64,000 nt of DNA from a virus. Taxonomy: Duplodnaviria; Caudoviricetes. Position numbers and translations under genes: made by a program. Position 1 is the first letter of the stretch. Each line of letters opens with the position of its first letter. The DNA lies in IMG/VR virus record IMGVR_UViG_3300020577_001726, positions 7,251 to 71,250 of that record, one strand, 5' to 3'. Positions 19,501 through 28,153 of this stretch are shown here, one piece after another. The notes beneath the pieces were generated by a model. That model saw only the letters and a program-made list of their open reading frames with translations. It did not search any database and was not told the DNA's origin.

Positions 19501-20013
19501 TATGGTACGGAAGTGGCTAAGATCCTGCACGATCAACAAGTGGAACGGGAAACTAAGAATCAGTCTGTGTTCGATACTTTCGCTGCGAAGAGATTCATCG
19601 GCCCTGACGGTAAACCTGATCAGGCAGCAGCAGCTGAATTCTCACAGTTTGCGCACTCAAGCTTAGGAGATGTGTACTCTAAACCCGCCCCTGAGCGTGA
19701 CCGTATACTAGCTTCAGCAGCCAATCGTTGGGAAATTCAACGCAATTCCAACAAAGCCGCTCCTGATGGATACACAGCTACTACATCTCAGCAACTTAGA
19801 GATATTAAGGGGTACCATAAAGGTGGTGTAGAAGACATCCCGCAGATCGGTATTACTGGTTGGGCGGCTGGGAAACTGCCGTTTGTTAACAATGATGTGG
19901 TAGACTTCGCGGATGGTAATTCACGTACTGCTAGATCGCTTGGTGCTCGCGATAGCCAAGATATAAAAGACATCGTTTACCAAAACCAAAACAACGGTCT
20001 GCGTAATAAGTAA
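16528..20013 (+). CDS. Putative internal virion/ejection protein 2
   Basis: ATG 16528; low-complexity Pro/Ala/Gly; GGGRVTGPGGPREDKV..MLSNGEYV motif as found in tape-measure/ejection proteins. Confidence 0.6.
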   Translation: MSKMSDDFKNKSMLRTAVTSNAMGMADGGIAGLAGLRQRTIDGAVEGAVRPATPAPAPAPAPAAAPAPGGMISDGVVTRPAPAPVAPTPQPGIFSRLRKAVGFAAGGAVGPTPVMTGDAVTPAIAELGATGTQGLLAAGKEALAVPQKMITLANNAYAGSPALRNGFLSEVAPGVSRFLPAAGGIVGAAKSFMDTPQERSAFENNVTPKGSVLPPGVADAARVMQHVGNAVSGNAAGVFGAQVAKLTNPDITPEESRIARTAKGRIRGQGTTGSFPGMADGGTSPWDSAYAPGGSLSSRAKPQSVQSILAATLAQRNQPTAPIAPSPAATPSPELAPASPAATPMAAAPATSTQPAMGSGPMPTAGPGHEMSNSQWNQMAAGTLPSAPTASSSANWNSQQNDALRMQNSMSILQAKPMSSSLVLPNKQPGASWTPDVQNPGKTDGAAIRVGQTQYGGGLRGGGRVTGPGGPREDKVGPVMLSNGEYVLPAKTVQKLGGPEEIDEVVRATNDGREPQHADTDDRGLRHAASGLSPWDPTLGQAPGVTNGPPAYTPPPQLPPPQPGTSVATRPYEPNWRLYQAPAVDPNVIDVDPVRQSRVPPGGSPEMQAVRQAQAADQAGLRAGQAVADAKAAAQAAGPASSAAGATRGLVGKAAGLVADVAKPIALGMTAYEGLHTSTSDYAKRLKGLAPAGLLNTDAKGNIQSNGGNWLREHGYDNAGQLVDDIGVRTHGVATDLANTLAFGQLGSYFADKQAAPAAAPQGPVPGQPAVGLHRQDPNVANVIAGNVAMDRNTPDTGGAIQQTGNTFYGGVGGAQGKALEDAEAAKGRQRYQNDAAGMYAAIQGHIANGDLETANKLAWDPASRALVNQGYAARNAAMAANSRSSTPDEDALNSRYDKAADRLRGLFRSDKAQGNLAKHLTELNQQRAGELANLRNTKVQARGQDLLSEGNQARIASEQAIANQRNQFDWRKTMMEQTNKDREYQLNSAKYGTEVAKILHDQQVERETKNQSVFDTFAAKRFIGPDGKPDQAAAAEFSQFAHSSLGDVYSKPAPERDRILASAANRWEIQRNSNKAAPDGYTATTSQQLRDIKGYHKGGVEDIPQIGITGWAAGKLPFVNNDVVDFADGNSRTARSLGARDSQDIKDIVYQNQNNGLRNK

Positions 20014-20021
20014 GGAGCTGT

Positions 20022-23000
20022 ATGGCCGATATCACTTCCTCGCTTCGTCAGATGCGAGGCCCGTTTCTGTCCGACCCAGAGGTATATAACACTCCTCAGT
20101 TAACTGCTGAGGAAAATGCCGCTTCATTACCGGGGCAGTTAGCTAAGGGTGTAGTTTCTGGCCTTACAGGAATAGGCGCTGGGCAAGCGGCAAGTCAGGC
20201 ATTCGCGGCAGAGCAAGCCGGGGCTTCTAATGTTTCGGCTCTACGTGCGCGCGCTGGCGACTTAGCACGATTATCCGAAGCGCAAGCTCCGGACGTACGC
20301 TCGTTTAGAGACATTCATGGTGTAGGCGACGCAGCTGATTATTTCGCAGGCGGTATCGGCGGCATGATCCCATATATCCCTCCTGTTGTGGCCGGTGCCG
20401 CAGCAGCTAGGGTGATTGGTCCTTCCGCGCTGCGCGCCTTCACACCTACGGCTGGCAGCATCGCCGCCATGTACCCGCTCGAAAAGGGTGCGGCGTATCT
20501 CAGCCAATACCAAGATCCAGTACAAGCGGCGCAGCCGATAGATGTTCGTGAATCAGCAGCTACGAAACAAGCTGCGCTGAAGGCCGCGCTCCTAGGCGGC
20601 GGCGCTTCAAGCGTGCTACGCGGTCTTGCTGGCCGTGCTGGCGAGGGGATTATCGGCGGCGCGTTAGAAGCTGGCTTGCCGATGGTGGGTGCTGAGAAAG
20701 TGGCGCAGCACTACGCGTCACAACTTAACCCGGGGCGCGACACTACACACGACACTGACGCGCTTATCGACGCAGCTATCCAAGGTGGTGCGCTCGGCGC
20801 TGCTGGGCATCTACCATCTAAGTTTGGCAGTGCTGTCGGCTCGGCGGTTGATCGCTTCCGTCCAGAACCTAAGCCGCCGGTCGCTCCTAACGAGGTTGGT
20901 CCTCCGTCTGAGCCGCTAGTCCCCGGTGGATTGGTGGATGGTGTTAAGAACGCTGCGGGTGCTATTAATGAACGTGTTATACAGCCGGGTATTAAGGCCG
21001 CAGAAGAAGCATACCAAGGGCTCAAGCCTAAGGCTGCGGACTTCGCTAAAGATGCAGAGCAGTTTGCTAGCGAGAAGGTCGACAAGTTCGCAGAGGCTAC
21101 TAGGACAGCTGAGAGCTTCCCAGACTTCATGCGCAAGGTCTTCGGTAAGGAAGATGAAGATGCGCAGACGCTCGTTGACGGTGATAAGGCAGACGCGTAT
21201 AAAGGTGCTGACGGCAAGGTAGACGAGAACAAGCTGTTCGCGTCTGATGGGCCACGCAAGCAGAAGGCTGCTGAGTACGCTCAACAGCTGATGGATGACC
21301 CCGCCACTCCTAATCATGTGAAGCAGAAGATCGCCTCGTTCAACGGCGACTTTTCTGATCCCGCAGCACAATCATACGTAGGTAATACGATCCTAGGCCA
21401 GCGCGCTGGGCAGCGTGCGGCTGATGTTGTTAACGCCATTAAAAAGAGCGTTGATGATCTCGTTAAGAAGGCACAGGAAGCTGCGCCGGAAATCAAGAAG
21501 GCTGCAGGTGAAGCTATTGATGGCGCGAAGGACGCGATCATCAAGAAGAACATGCAAGAGCCTAAGACGAAGCTTGAAGTTGAGTCGCTTATTCATAAAG
21601 GACTACATGATGAGTTACAAGCTCAGCCAGCGGCAATTGCGCAAGTACCCGAACTTGCAAAGATTATTACAAAGCTACTCGCGCAGGGAGCGCCTATCGA
21701 TGATTCAGCGCTTAAGGTCTTTGGTGGATTCCACGCCATGGATCAACTGTTCAAGGACACAGGCGCGACACTTAAGTCGGTTGCTGAGACTCTAGGCACC
21801 GACGATCTGTTCAAGCGCAGCGTGAAGTTCCGCAGCGCCGAGGAAGATTCGAAGCGCCCAGACTCCATGCTGTACCGCGCCATTCCGCCGGAACATCGTG
21901 AACAGATGAAGGGTTCAAACTTCCGCGAGCTCGGTCGCTTCATCGACAGTGTCTCTGGGCTTGACGATAAGAAGTTTACCCTAGCTGTTGATGGCTTAGC
22001 TACGCACGTATTCGGTAGCAAGGAAGCCGCGCGCACGGTGGTTGATTACTACACGCGCAAGAACGAGTCGGAGCTTGCAGATACCCCGCGTAGCAAAGAT
22101 GTAGAGCATCCAATCGACTTAGCTAACAAGGGTATTGTAGATACCAATCCAGTGCATAGCTTTCTTTATGCCTCTGTAGATCCGGGTAAGAACCAGCCGT
22201 TCCATACCTCAGAGGTTGGTAGAAAGGGCGGTCTAGACGAGCAGCTAAAGATTGAACATGACAGGGGGCTGGCAGAAGTTTCTAAGCGCAATATGGCTGA
22301 TCACGTACAGCGGGAAGGTATAGACCCTGTCGATGAGCTAGCACGTATTGAGCATATGATTAACAAGCGTATCGAGGGTCATGAGAAGCATCCACAGCAA
22401 GACGAAAAGCGTAAGCAGGATATTGCTAATCTAAAGGCTCAGTTAGAGCAGATCGAAGAACGTAAGCGCGAAGTTACTGACGACGAGATGTTCAAGGACA
22501 ACCCAGACCATGCTAAGGAAATGGCAGCGGAGAACGCGCTAAAAGATTTCCATGTCGGGGTGCTGACGAAGGCCGATGCTGATAAGTTCGCTGCTGACGA
22601 CCACTTCATGTGGTCAGCTAGCCGCGCTTATATGAGACAGAAGCCAGCGCAGCGAAAAGCAAATAGAGACAAGACCGTAACCTTCAACATGAAGGACGGC
22701 AAGCAGATGACGCTCTATGCACCCGCTATGGTAAAACTGATGGGTGTGAAGCAAGGTTTAGGGCCGGAAGAACACTTAGGTCCCCGTTCCGCTCGCCTGT
22801 TCCGCGACGCTATTACGTCCATGCTGCTGAGTGATAAAGTCGACGGTCTTGCGCACGACATTCATAATGTTCGGTACAGCGATACAGCCACTCTCGCAAG
22901 CGAAGCGAAGGAACAACAACGCGTTACGAAGAAGGTCATGGAGGCTAACAAGCGCTTCCAAGACGCTACTGATGAGATGGATGCTAACAACCTCCGTAAG

Positions 23001-26000
23001 AAGGAGCTAGTTGGTATCATTCAAGAAGAAAAATGGTCCACACATCCTAAGGTATACGAGGAGCTCCGAGCCCTACAAGAGCGGTATGACGAGCTTAAGG
23101 ATCTAAGGGACAAGGCTCGTCAGGATGGCGCTGACATCAAGCTTGATAAGACTGACAAGCAGGAGCGCGAAGAACAAGGCGTTACGGATATCGTCAAGGA
23201 TATCGTTGAGAAGGAAGGCAACACACGCATCAACCAAGAGCGTGGCTATCGTCGTGCGGGTGATAATCGTGCAACATCTTCTGGTCAGATTACTGATCAA
23301 ACGGCGCACGACATCAAGAAGCAGATCTTCGATCTCCGCAAGTCGCTTGAGGATCCCGGTCGCCCGATGGATAAGAAGCGCATTCGCGACAAGATCGCTT
23401 CGCTACAACAAGAACTTCGTAGATTTGAAAAGGTTAAGCCTGAGGCTGATGTTGGCGAGCGCCCAGAAATGACTACTGGGAAGGCGCAGCACCAAGCTCC
23501 TGTGGATGATCCGCTATCTAAGAAGAAAAGAGCGGAGATCCCCGGCGAGATCATCCGAAAAAAATCTAGGATGAGTACCCAGATCCATGAGGATCTGGGT
23601 AAGGAAGGTATTGCCGCGACACACGATTCTCCGTTCAAGTTCGACAAGTTCGGCTGGACACAGCACAAGTACAAAGGTGAAGGCATCATGGTCTTCGGCG
23701 CAGGCACGTACTTAAGTACTGGGGACGGCGTGCATCGTTCGTACAAAAAACGTTTCACTCAGATGGTCGAAGGTCGGCTGGATCAACACGCCCATGAACG
23801 TAATATGGCGGAGATGCGAGTAGAGAATTACGAAGGTGAATTGCGTGATTTGGAGCCTGTAAAAAACGTTTCGAAGTGGCAGGACTATGCTGATTGGCAA
23901 AATGAAAACGGCATAGCCGACGATTACGCTCATGGGAAGCAATTCGTATACGCCGTAGAAGATGATTTTGGCAGGGAGCGTTTCCTTTCTGTTAGAAAAA
24001 TGGGTGATAAATGGGTGGATGATCAGGAGCATCAGGCATATTTGAACGCTCCTGAGGATTATCCTGTCCCAACTGCTAGGTACGACACGAAAGAAGAAGC
24101 AATGCGTGCCGTCTATAAAAACCAAGTAGAAAGCGTCAAGAAGCAGCTTGAGAAAGCTAAGAGTGAATTAGCAGCTATTCCTAAGTCGCCGCTCGCGGAG
24201 CTTAAACAGGCAAAGGCTAATCTAGAAATCGATAAAGACCGTTACGAACTTCTTCTGCGCGGTTCGAAATTTGAAAACTGGGAGTCCAGTGGGAAGGTTC
24301 GCGGGGTAGAGACGTTCACGCCTAAGAACGCGCTTCCAATATTTGACCTAGATGGTTTCTCTATGGACCGTATCTATAAAGACCCCAACGACGGGATGTG
24401 GAGATCAGAGATGTATCCCGGCGCGCTAGAAGATAACTCTATAGACCTAAATGATAAGGGTTATAAAACTGCGCAGGAGCTTTTAGATCATGAATACGGC
24501 GCTAAAGTACCGGAAGCAAAGGCTGATTACGACGCTTCCGTTGCTAAGCTAGCAGAAGCAGAGTCTAACGTGTCGCCGTTCATAACGAAATCAGCCACGT
24601 ATCACGTGACGGTACGTGCGCGACCAGACGAAATTCTGAAGTGGGACGCTCTATTGAGTAAACAGCCGGTGGCTAAGGGTATCTTTGAACGCGCAGGCAT
24701 CGGCAAGCCCGATACAGCTACTTGGGGTGGCGACGTAAAACACGGCGGGTTTGAGACGTTTGGGCACAACGCCGAATTCCAAATTATGGTCCGTGAGAGT
24801 GCGACCGGTAAATGGATCATGCGTGTGCTGCACACAAAGACGAATATAAAAGTCCACGAAGCACTTTTTAATACTCGTGGCGAAGCTCGCATCGCCGGTG
24901 AGAAAGAATTCACAGCATATAATCACGACTCAAACATTGGGATGCTGTATGGCTCCGACGCTTACAAGAAGCTTGCCAATAAGCTAGGCGGCTCCGAAGC
25001 CGCGTCGATCTATCTCGCAGAGCACGGCCTCGTCGGGCATGAGTATGCTTCTTCTGGCGGCAAGGACGATAAGTTTCCTAACTACGTCATCTACAATGAT
25101 GATCGCATCGACATTAACCACGTCCACTTCTCAGCGCAGCGTCCCGAAATTGGTAAGGACATCTCACCGGAACAGGCTAAGAGCATCCGCGACTACATCA
25201 TGAAGACACGCGGTCCCGAGGTTCGCGCTGAACTGGACAAGTTCGCTAAGGATATTGGTGGCTCAGGCGAGTACTACAAGAATGGCGAAGAACGTGTTAT
25301 CAAGATCGCACGCGACGCGCTTAATCCTGAGTCCGTTGCCTTCCATGAGTCGATGCACGACTTCTTCAACACGTTATTGAACGATACCTCTGCGGGTAAG
25401 AAGGTGCAGGAGCAGCTTCTGCGTGCCGCTGACCGTCCGTGGATCCAAGCTCAGCTTCGTGTGCTGCTGAAGGATCATCCCGAAGCGCTGAAGCAAGTAA
25501 AGTCTGAACCCGAAGAAGCTCTAACCTATATGTATCAGTTCTGGGCGGCTGGGCAACTGCGCATGAACATGGACGCCATTCCAGTGTTCTCGCGTATCAC
25601 GAAGTTCATCCGCGACATCCTAGGTGTTGTGACACGCGGCGAGCAGGCCGAGGCGATCTTACAGGCGTTCCACGACGGTAAGCTGAAAGATATGTCCGTG
25701 GCTGGCAGCGTCATCGCAGACATGAATCTGAAGACCATAGGGGATAAGTTCGACGCGGTCGCTAAGCCGCTTAAGAGCGTCGTCGGCACGTGGCTAACAC
25801 CTACAACTGATGTGCTGCGTAACACAGGTTCACCGGCGCTTAAGGCTCTAGCAGACAAGTTCCACATGGAGCCTGACCGTGAGCGCGGCGAGCCGGGGTT
25901 CATACAGAAGCGTGGACAGACGGAAGGTAAGTTCGACAACAAATTCCAAGACGCTCTGGAAGGTACAACCGCTGCTGAACGTAAGGCCGCTCTGGACGAG

Positions 26001-27647
26001 CTACAGTCTATGCTACCGCCTACTACACAGCTAGGCATGAAGCTCCAAAAACTGCTAGGTGACCTGTTTAACTACATGGATAAGGCTGGCGTTAAGAACT
26101 CCGTTATGGAGAACAAGAAGGTGGTGTGGAAGCCGCTCAACAGAGTGAACAACTACTTCCCTCGTGTCTGGGACCGCAGCATTATTCGCGCCAAAGAGGC
26201 TGAGTTCCGTGATCTGTTAAAGACTGAAGGCAACTTAACCGATACCGAAGCTAACGCCATCATCAAGACAATTACGGCTGGCGACGGGCTTGTGGAGTGG
26301 GCTGAGAACGAGCACCATATGGGCTTCACCCCATATAGCTCCGCAGTAAAAAATCGGGGACTGACGTTTATCAACCAACAAAACGCCGCTAAGTTCGCAG
26401 CATTCCAGAGCAAAGACATGGTGAACGTGCTGCAGACGTACATCAGACAGGCGGTTCACAGAGGCGAGTACGCTCGGTACTTCGGAAACGATGGCGAAGG
26501 TATTAAACAAGCGCTTGCGCAAGCGAAACTGGAAGGAGCGTCGGAAAAGGAGATACTGGACGCAGCACGGGCGGTGCGTGCTATGGAAGGAACCCTCGGC
26601 GCTGAAATCAATCCTCGCCTACGGGATGTGTTCAATGCAGCCGTGGGGTATGAGAACATCGTGCTCCTGCCGTTCGCGCTGTTTTCATCTCTGATCGATC
26701 CGCTCGGTGTGGCTGTGCGCTCGGGTAATGTGGCAGACGCAGCCATCGCGTTCAAGGACGGCGTTAAGGGCATCTTCGAAGACGCGTTCAGAGTGAAGAA
26801 AGACCGCGAGTATGAGATGGCGAGAACTATCGGCGTCATCAGCGATCTAAATAAGCTAGAGGCCATGGGACAGATCACGCAGTCCCAGTACTCAGCCGGT
26901 TGGCTACGTAAGGCTAATGACCTTTACTTCAAGCTCAACGGTATGGAAACATGGAATGAGCGTATGCGTGTGTCAGCTATGGGCGCAGGAATGCGGTTCA
27001 TGGTGCGCAACAAGGACAACGCACGCTATATGGAAGAGTTAGGACTAGAAAAAGGAGACGTTCGGGAACTTCCAGATGGTCGGATAGCTCGAACTACAGA
27101 TGAGGGACTTACACCAGAACAAGAACAGCGCGTGCAAGCGGCGCTATACAGATTCGTGGACGGGGCTATTCTACGTCCTAACGCTGCGCATCGTCCTGCT
27201 TGGACTAGCGATCCACACTACATGTTGGTCGCGCATCTCAAGCAGTATACGTTCACTTTCCAGCAGACTATTTTGAAACAAGTCAAGAAAGAAGCGCAAA
27301 ACGGTAACTACCGGCCAGCATTTATTTTAGCGTCGTATGTGCCGTTCATTGCTGCATCGGACCTGATGCGTGGTAGTATTGCTGGTACGATCAAGAACGG
27401 TTGGACGTTCGGTGAATTTATGCAGGATGGTATTGCACGCTCAGGTATCCTAGGTGTCGGGTCATTCGGTACCGACGCGCTGAAGGATGCACAACTAGGG
27501 CAGATGCCGGGTTCTAGCTTCTTAGGACCGACTGCTCAGCATATCATCATGGCTGCAAAAACAGTTGCGGGAGCTCCGGGCTCAAGTTGGCATGAGCTAC
27601 TACTAAGATCAATGCCAGCATCTCCACTATCTAGAGCAATAGAGTAA
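20022..27647 (+). CDS. Large polyvalent internal virion protein (ART-PolyVal-like domain plus HExxH zincin)
   Basis: 2541 aa. ATHDSP..FDKF...KGEG...G.GTYL / YHV....ILKWD..LS.Q / NYVIYNDD.I match ART-PolyVal-type motifs; FHESMH...EEA zincin at aa ~1775. Confidence 0.7.
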   Translation: MADITSSLRQMRGPFLSDPEVYNTPQLTAEENAASLPGQLAKGVVSGLTGIGAGQAASQAFAAEQAGASNVSALRARAGDLARLSEAQAPDVRSFRDIHGVGDAADYFAGGIGGMIPYIPPVVAGAAAARVIGPSALRAFTPTAGSIAAMYPLEKGAAYLSQYQDPVQAAQPIDVRESAATKQAALKAALLGGGASSVLRGLAGRAGEGIIGGALEAGLPMVGAEKVAQHYASQLNPGRDTTHDTDALIDAAIQGGALGAAGHLPSKFGSAVGSAVDRFRPEPKPPVAPNEVGPPSEPLVPGGLVDGVKNAAGAINERVIQPGIKAAEEAYQGLKPKAADFAKDAEQFASEKVDKFAEATRTAESFPDFMRKVFGKEDEDAQTLVDGDKADAYKGADGKVDENKLFASDGPRKQKAAEYAQQLMDDPATPNHVKQKIASFNGDFSDPAAQSYVGNTILGQRAGQRAADVVNAIKKSVDDLVKKAQEAAPEIKKAAGEAIDGAKDAIIKKNMQEPKTKLEVESLIHKGLHDELQAQPAAIAQVPELAKIITKLLAQGAPIDDSALKVFGGFHAMDQLFKDTGATLKSVAETLGTDDLFKRSVKFRSAEEDSKRPDSMLYRAIPPEHREQMKGSNFRELGRFIDSVSGLDDKKFTLAVDGLATHVFGSKEAARTVVDYYTRKNESELADTPRSKDVEHPIDLANKGIVDTNPVHSFLYASVDPGKNQPFHTSEVGRKGGLDEQLKIEHDRGLAEVSKRNMADHVQREGIDPVDELARIEHMINKRIEGHEKHPQQDEKRKQDIANLKAQLEQIEERKREVTDDEMFKDNPDHAKEMAAENALKDFHVGVLTKADADKFAADDHFMWSASRAYMRQKPAQRKANRDKTVTFNMKDGKQMTLYAPAMVKLMGVKQGLGPEEHLGPRSARLFRDAITSMLLSDKVDGLAHDIHNVRYSDTATLASEAKEQQRVTKKVMEANKRFQDATDEMDANNLRKKELVGIIQEEKWSTHPKVYEELRALQERYDELKDLRDKARQDGADIKLDKTDKQEREEQGVTDIVKDIVEKEGNTRINQERGYRRAGDNRATSSGQITDQTAHDIKKQIFDLRKSLEDPGRPMDKKRIRDKIASLQQELRRFEKVKPEADVGERPEMTTGKAQHQAPVDDPLSKKKRAEIPGEIIRKKSRMSTQIHEDLGKEGIAATHDSPFKFDKFGWTQHKYKGEGIMVFGAGTYLSTGDGVHRSYKKRFTQMVEGRLDQHAHERNMAEMRVENYEGELRDLEPVKNVSKWQDYADWQNENGIADDYAHGKQFVYAVEDDFGRERFLSVRKMGDKWVDDQEHQAYLNAPEDYPVPTARYDTKEEAMRAVYKNQVESVKKQLEKAKSELAAIPKSPLAELKQAKANLEIDKDRYELLLRGSKFENWESSGKVRGVETFTPKNALPIFDLDGFSMDRIYKDPNDGMWRSEMYPGALEDNSIDLNDKGYKTAQELLDHEYGAKVPEAKADYDASVAKLAEAESNVSPFITKSATYHVTVRARPDEILKWDALLSKQPVAKGIFERAGIGKPDTATWGGDVKHGGFETFGHNAEFQIMVRESATGKWIMRVLHTKTNIKVHEALFNTRGEARIAGEKEFTAYNHDSNIGMLYGSDAYKKLANKLGGSEAASIYLAEHGLVGHEYASSGGKDDKFPNYVIYNDDRIDINHVHFSAQRPEIGKDISPEQAKSIRDYIMKTRGPEVRAELDKFAKDIGGSGEYYKNGEERVIKIARDALNPESVAFHESMHDFFNTLLNDTSAGKKVQEQLLRAADRPWIQAQLRVLLKDHPEALKQVKSEPEEALTYMYQFWAAGQLRMNMDAIPVFSRITKFIRDILGVVTRGEQAEAILQAFHDGKLKDMSVAGSVIADMNLKTIGDKFDAVAKPLKSVVGTWLTPTTDVLRNTGSPALKALADKFHMEPDRERGEPGFIQKRGQTEGKFDNKFQDALEGTTAAERKAALDELQSMLPPTTQLGMKLQKLLGDLFNYMDKAGVKNSVMENKKVVWKPLNRVNNYFPRVWDRSIIRAKEAEFRDLLKTEGNLTDTEANAIIKTITAGDGLVEWAENEHHMGFTPYSSAVKNRGLTFINQQNAAKFAAFQSKDMVNVLQTYIRQAVHRGEYARYFGNDGEGIKQALAQAKLEGASEKEILDAARAVRAMEGTLGAEINPRLRDVFNAAVGYENIVLLPFALFSSLIDPLGVAVRSGNVADAAIAFKDGVKGIFEDAFRVKKDREYEMARTIGVISDLNKLEAMGQITQSQYSAGWLRKANDLYFKLNGMETWNERMRVSAMGAGMRFMVRNKDNARYMEELGLEKGDVRELPDGRIARTTDEGLTPEQEQRVQAALYRFVDGAILRPNAAHRPAWTSDPHYMLVAHLKQYTFTFQQTILKQVKKEAQNGNYRPAFILASYVPFIAASDLMRGSIAGTIKNGWTFGEFMQDGIARSGILGVGSFGTDALKDAQLGQMPGSSFLGPTAQHIIMAAKTVAGAPGSSWHELLLRSMPASPLSRAIE

Positions 27648-27661
27648 AATTGCTGTTGTGT

Positions 27662-27690
27662 GCCCCCATCCTTCGGGGTGGGGGCTTTTT
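27662..27690 (+). terminator. Rho-independent terminator
   Basis: GCCCCCATCC-TTCG-GGGTGGGGGC-TTTTT after the structural operon. Confidence 0.9.
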
Positions 27691-27703
27691 CATCCGGGGT
27701 ACT

Positions 27704-28153
27704 ATGAAATACTATGTCTACGAACACTTCCACCCAGTTACTGGTGAAGTAGTCTATATAGGGAAGGGTACCGCCGGTAGAGCGTGGTCATGTGGTTCTA
27801 GCACAGCTAAGCCGGGGCTTAGAGGAAACAGAACAGCGGAACATAATGGTTGGATTACAGCGCTTCTAAACCAAGGATTTACCCCCGCCGATTTCGTAAG
27901 AATAATCCAACAAGGATTAACAAACAATGAGGCGCTTAAGCTAGAAAAAGAGCTATTAGATGATTCAAAATATGTGGGCTTGTTTAATAGGCTATGCCCA
28001 ACAAAACTAACACAAGAACAGGTACGCGACGGGCGTTATATGCTAGAACACGGCATACCGTACTCGCAAGCCGCTAATAAATTAGGCGTATCCACAATGA
28101 CGTTGTGGCGCGCTATGAATGGAAAGACGAAGGGAATAAATTATGGCGTTTGA
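27704..28153 (+). CDS. GIY-YIG endonuclease with C-terminal HTH
   Basis: YVY...VYIGKG...R...H...E.E motif order; C-terminal YSQAANKLGVSTMTLWR helix-turn-helix. Confidence 0.75.
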   Translation: MKYYVYEHFHPVTGEVVYIGKGTAGRAWSCGSSTAKPGLRGNRTAEHNGWITALLNQGFTPADFVRIIQQGLTNNEALKLEKELLDDSKYVGLFNRLCPTKLTQEQVRDGRYMLEHGIPYSQAANKLGVSTMTLWRAMNGKTKGINYGV

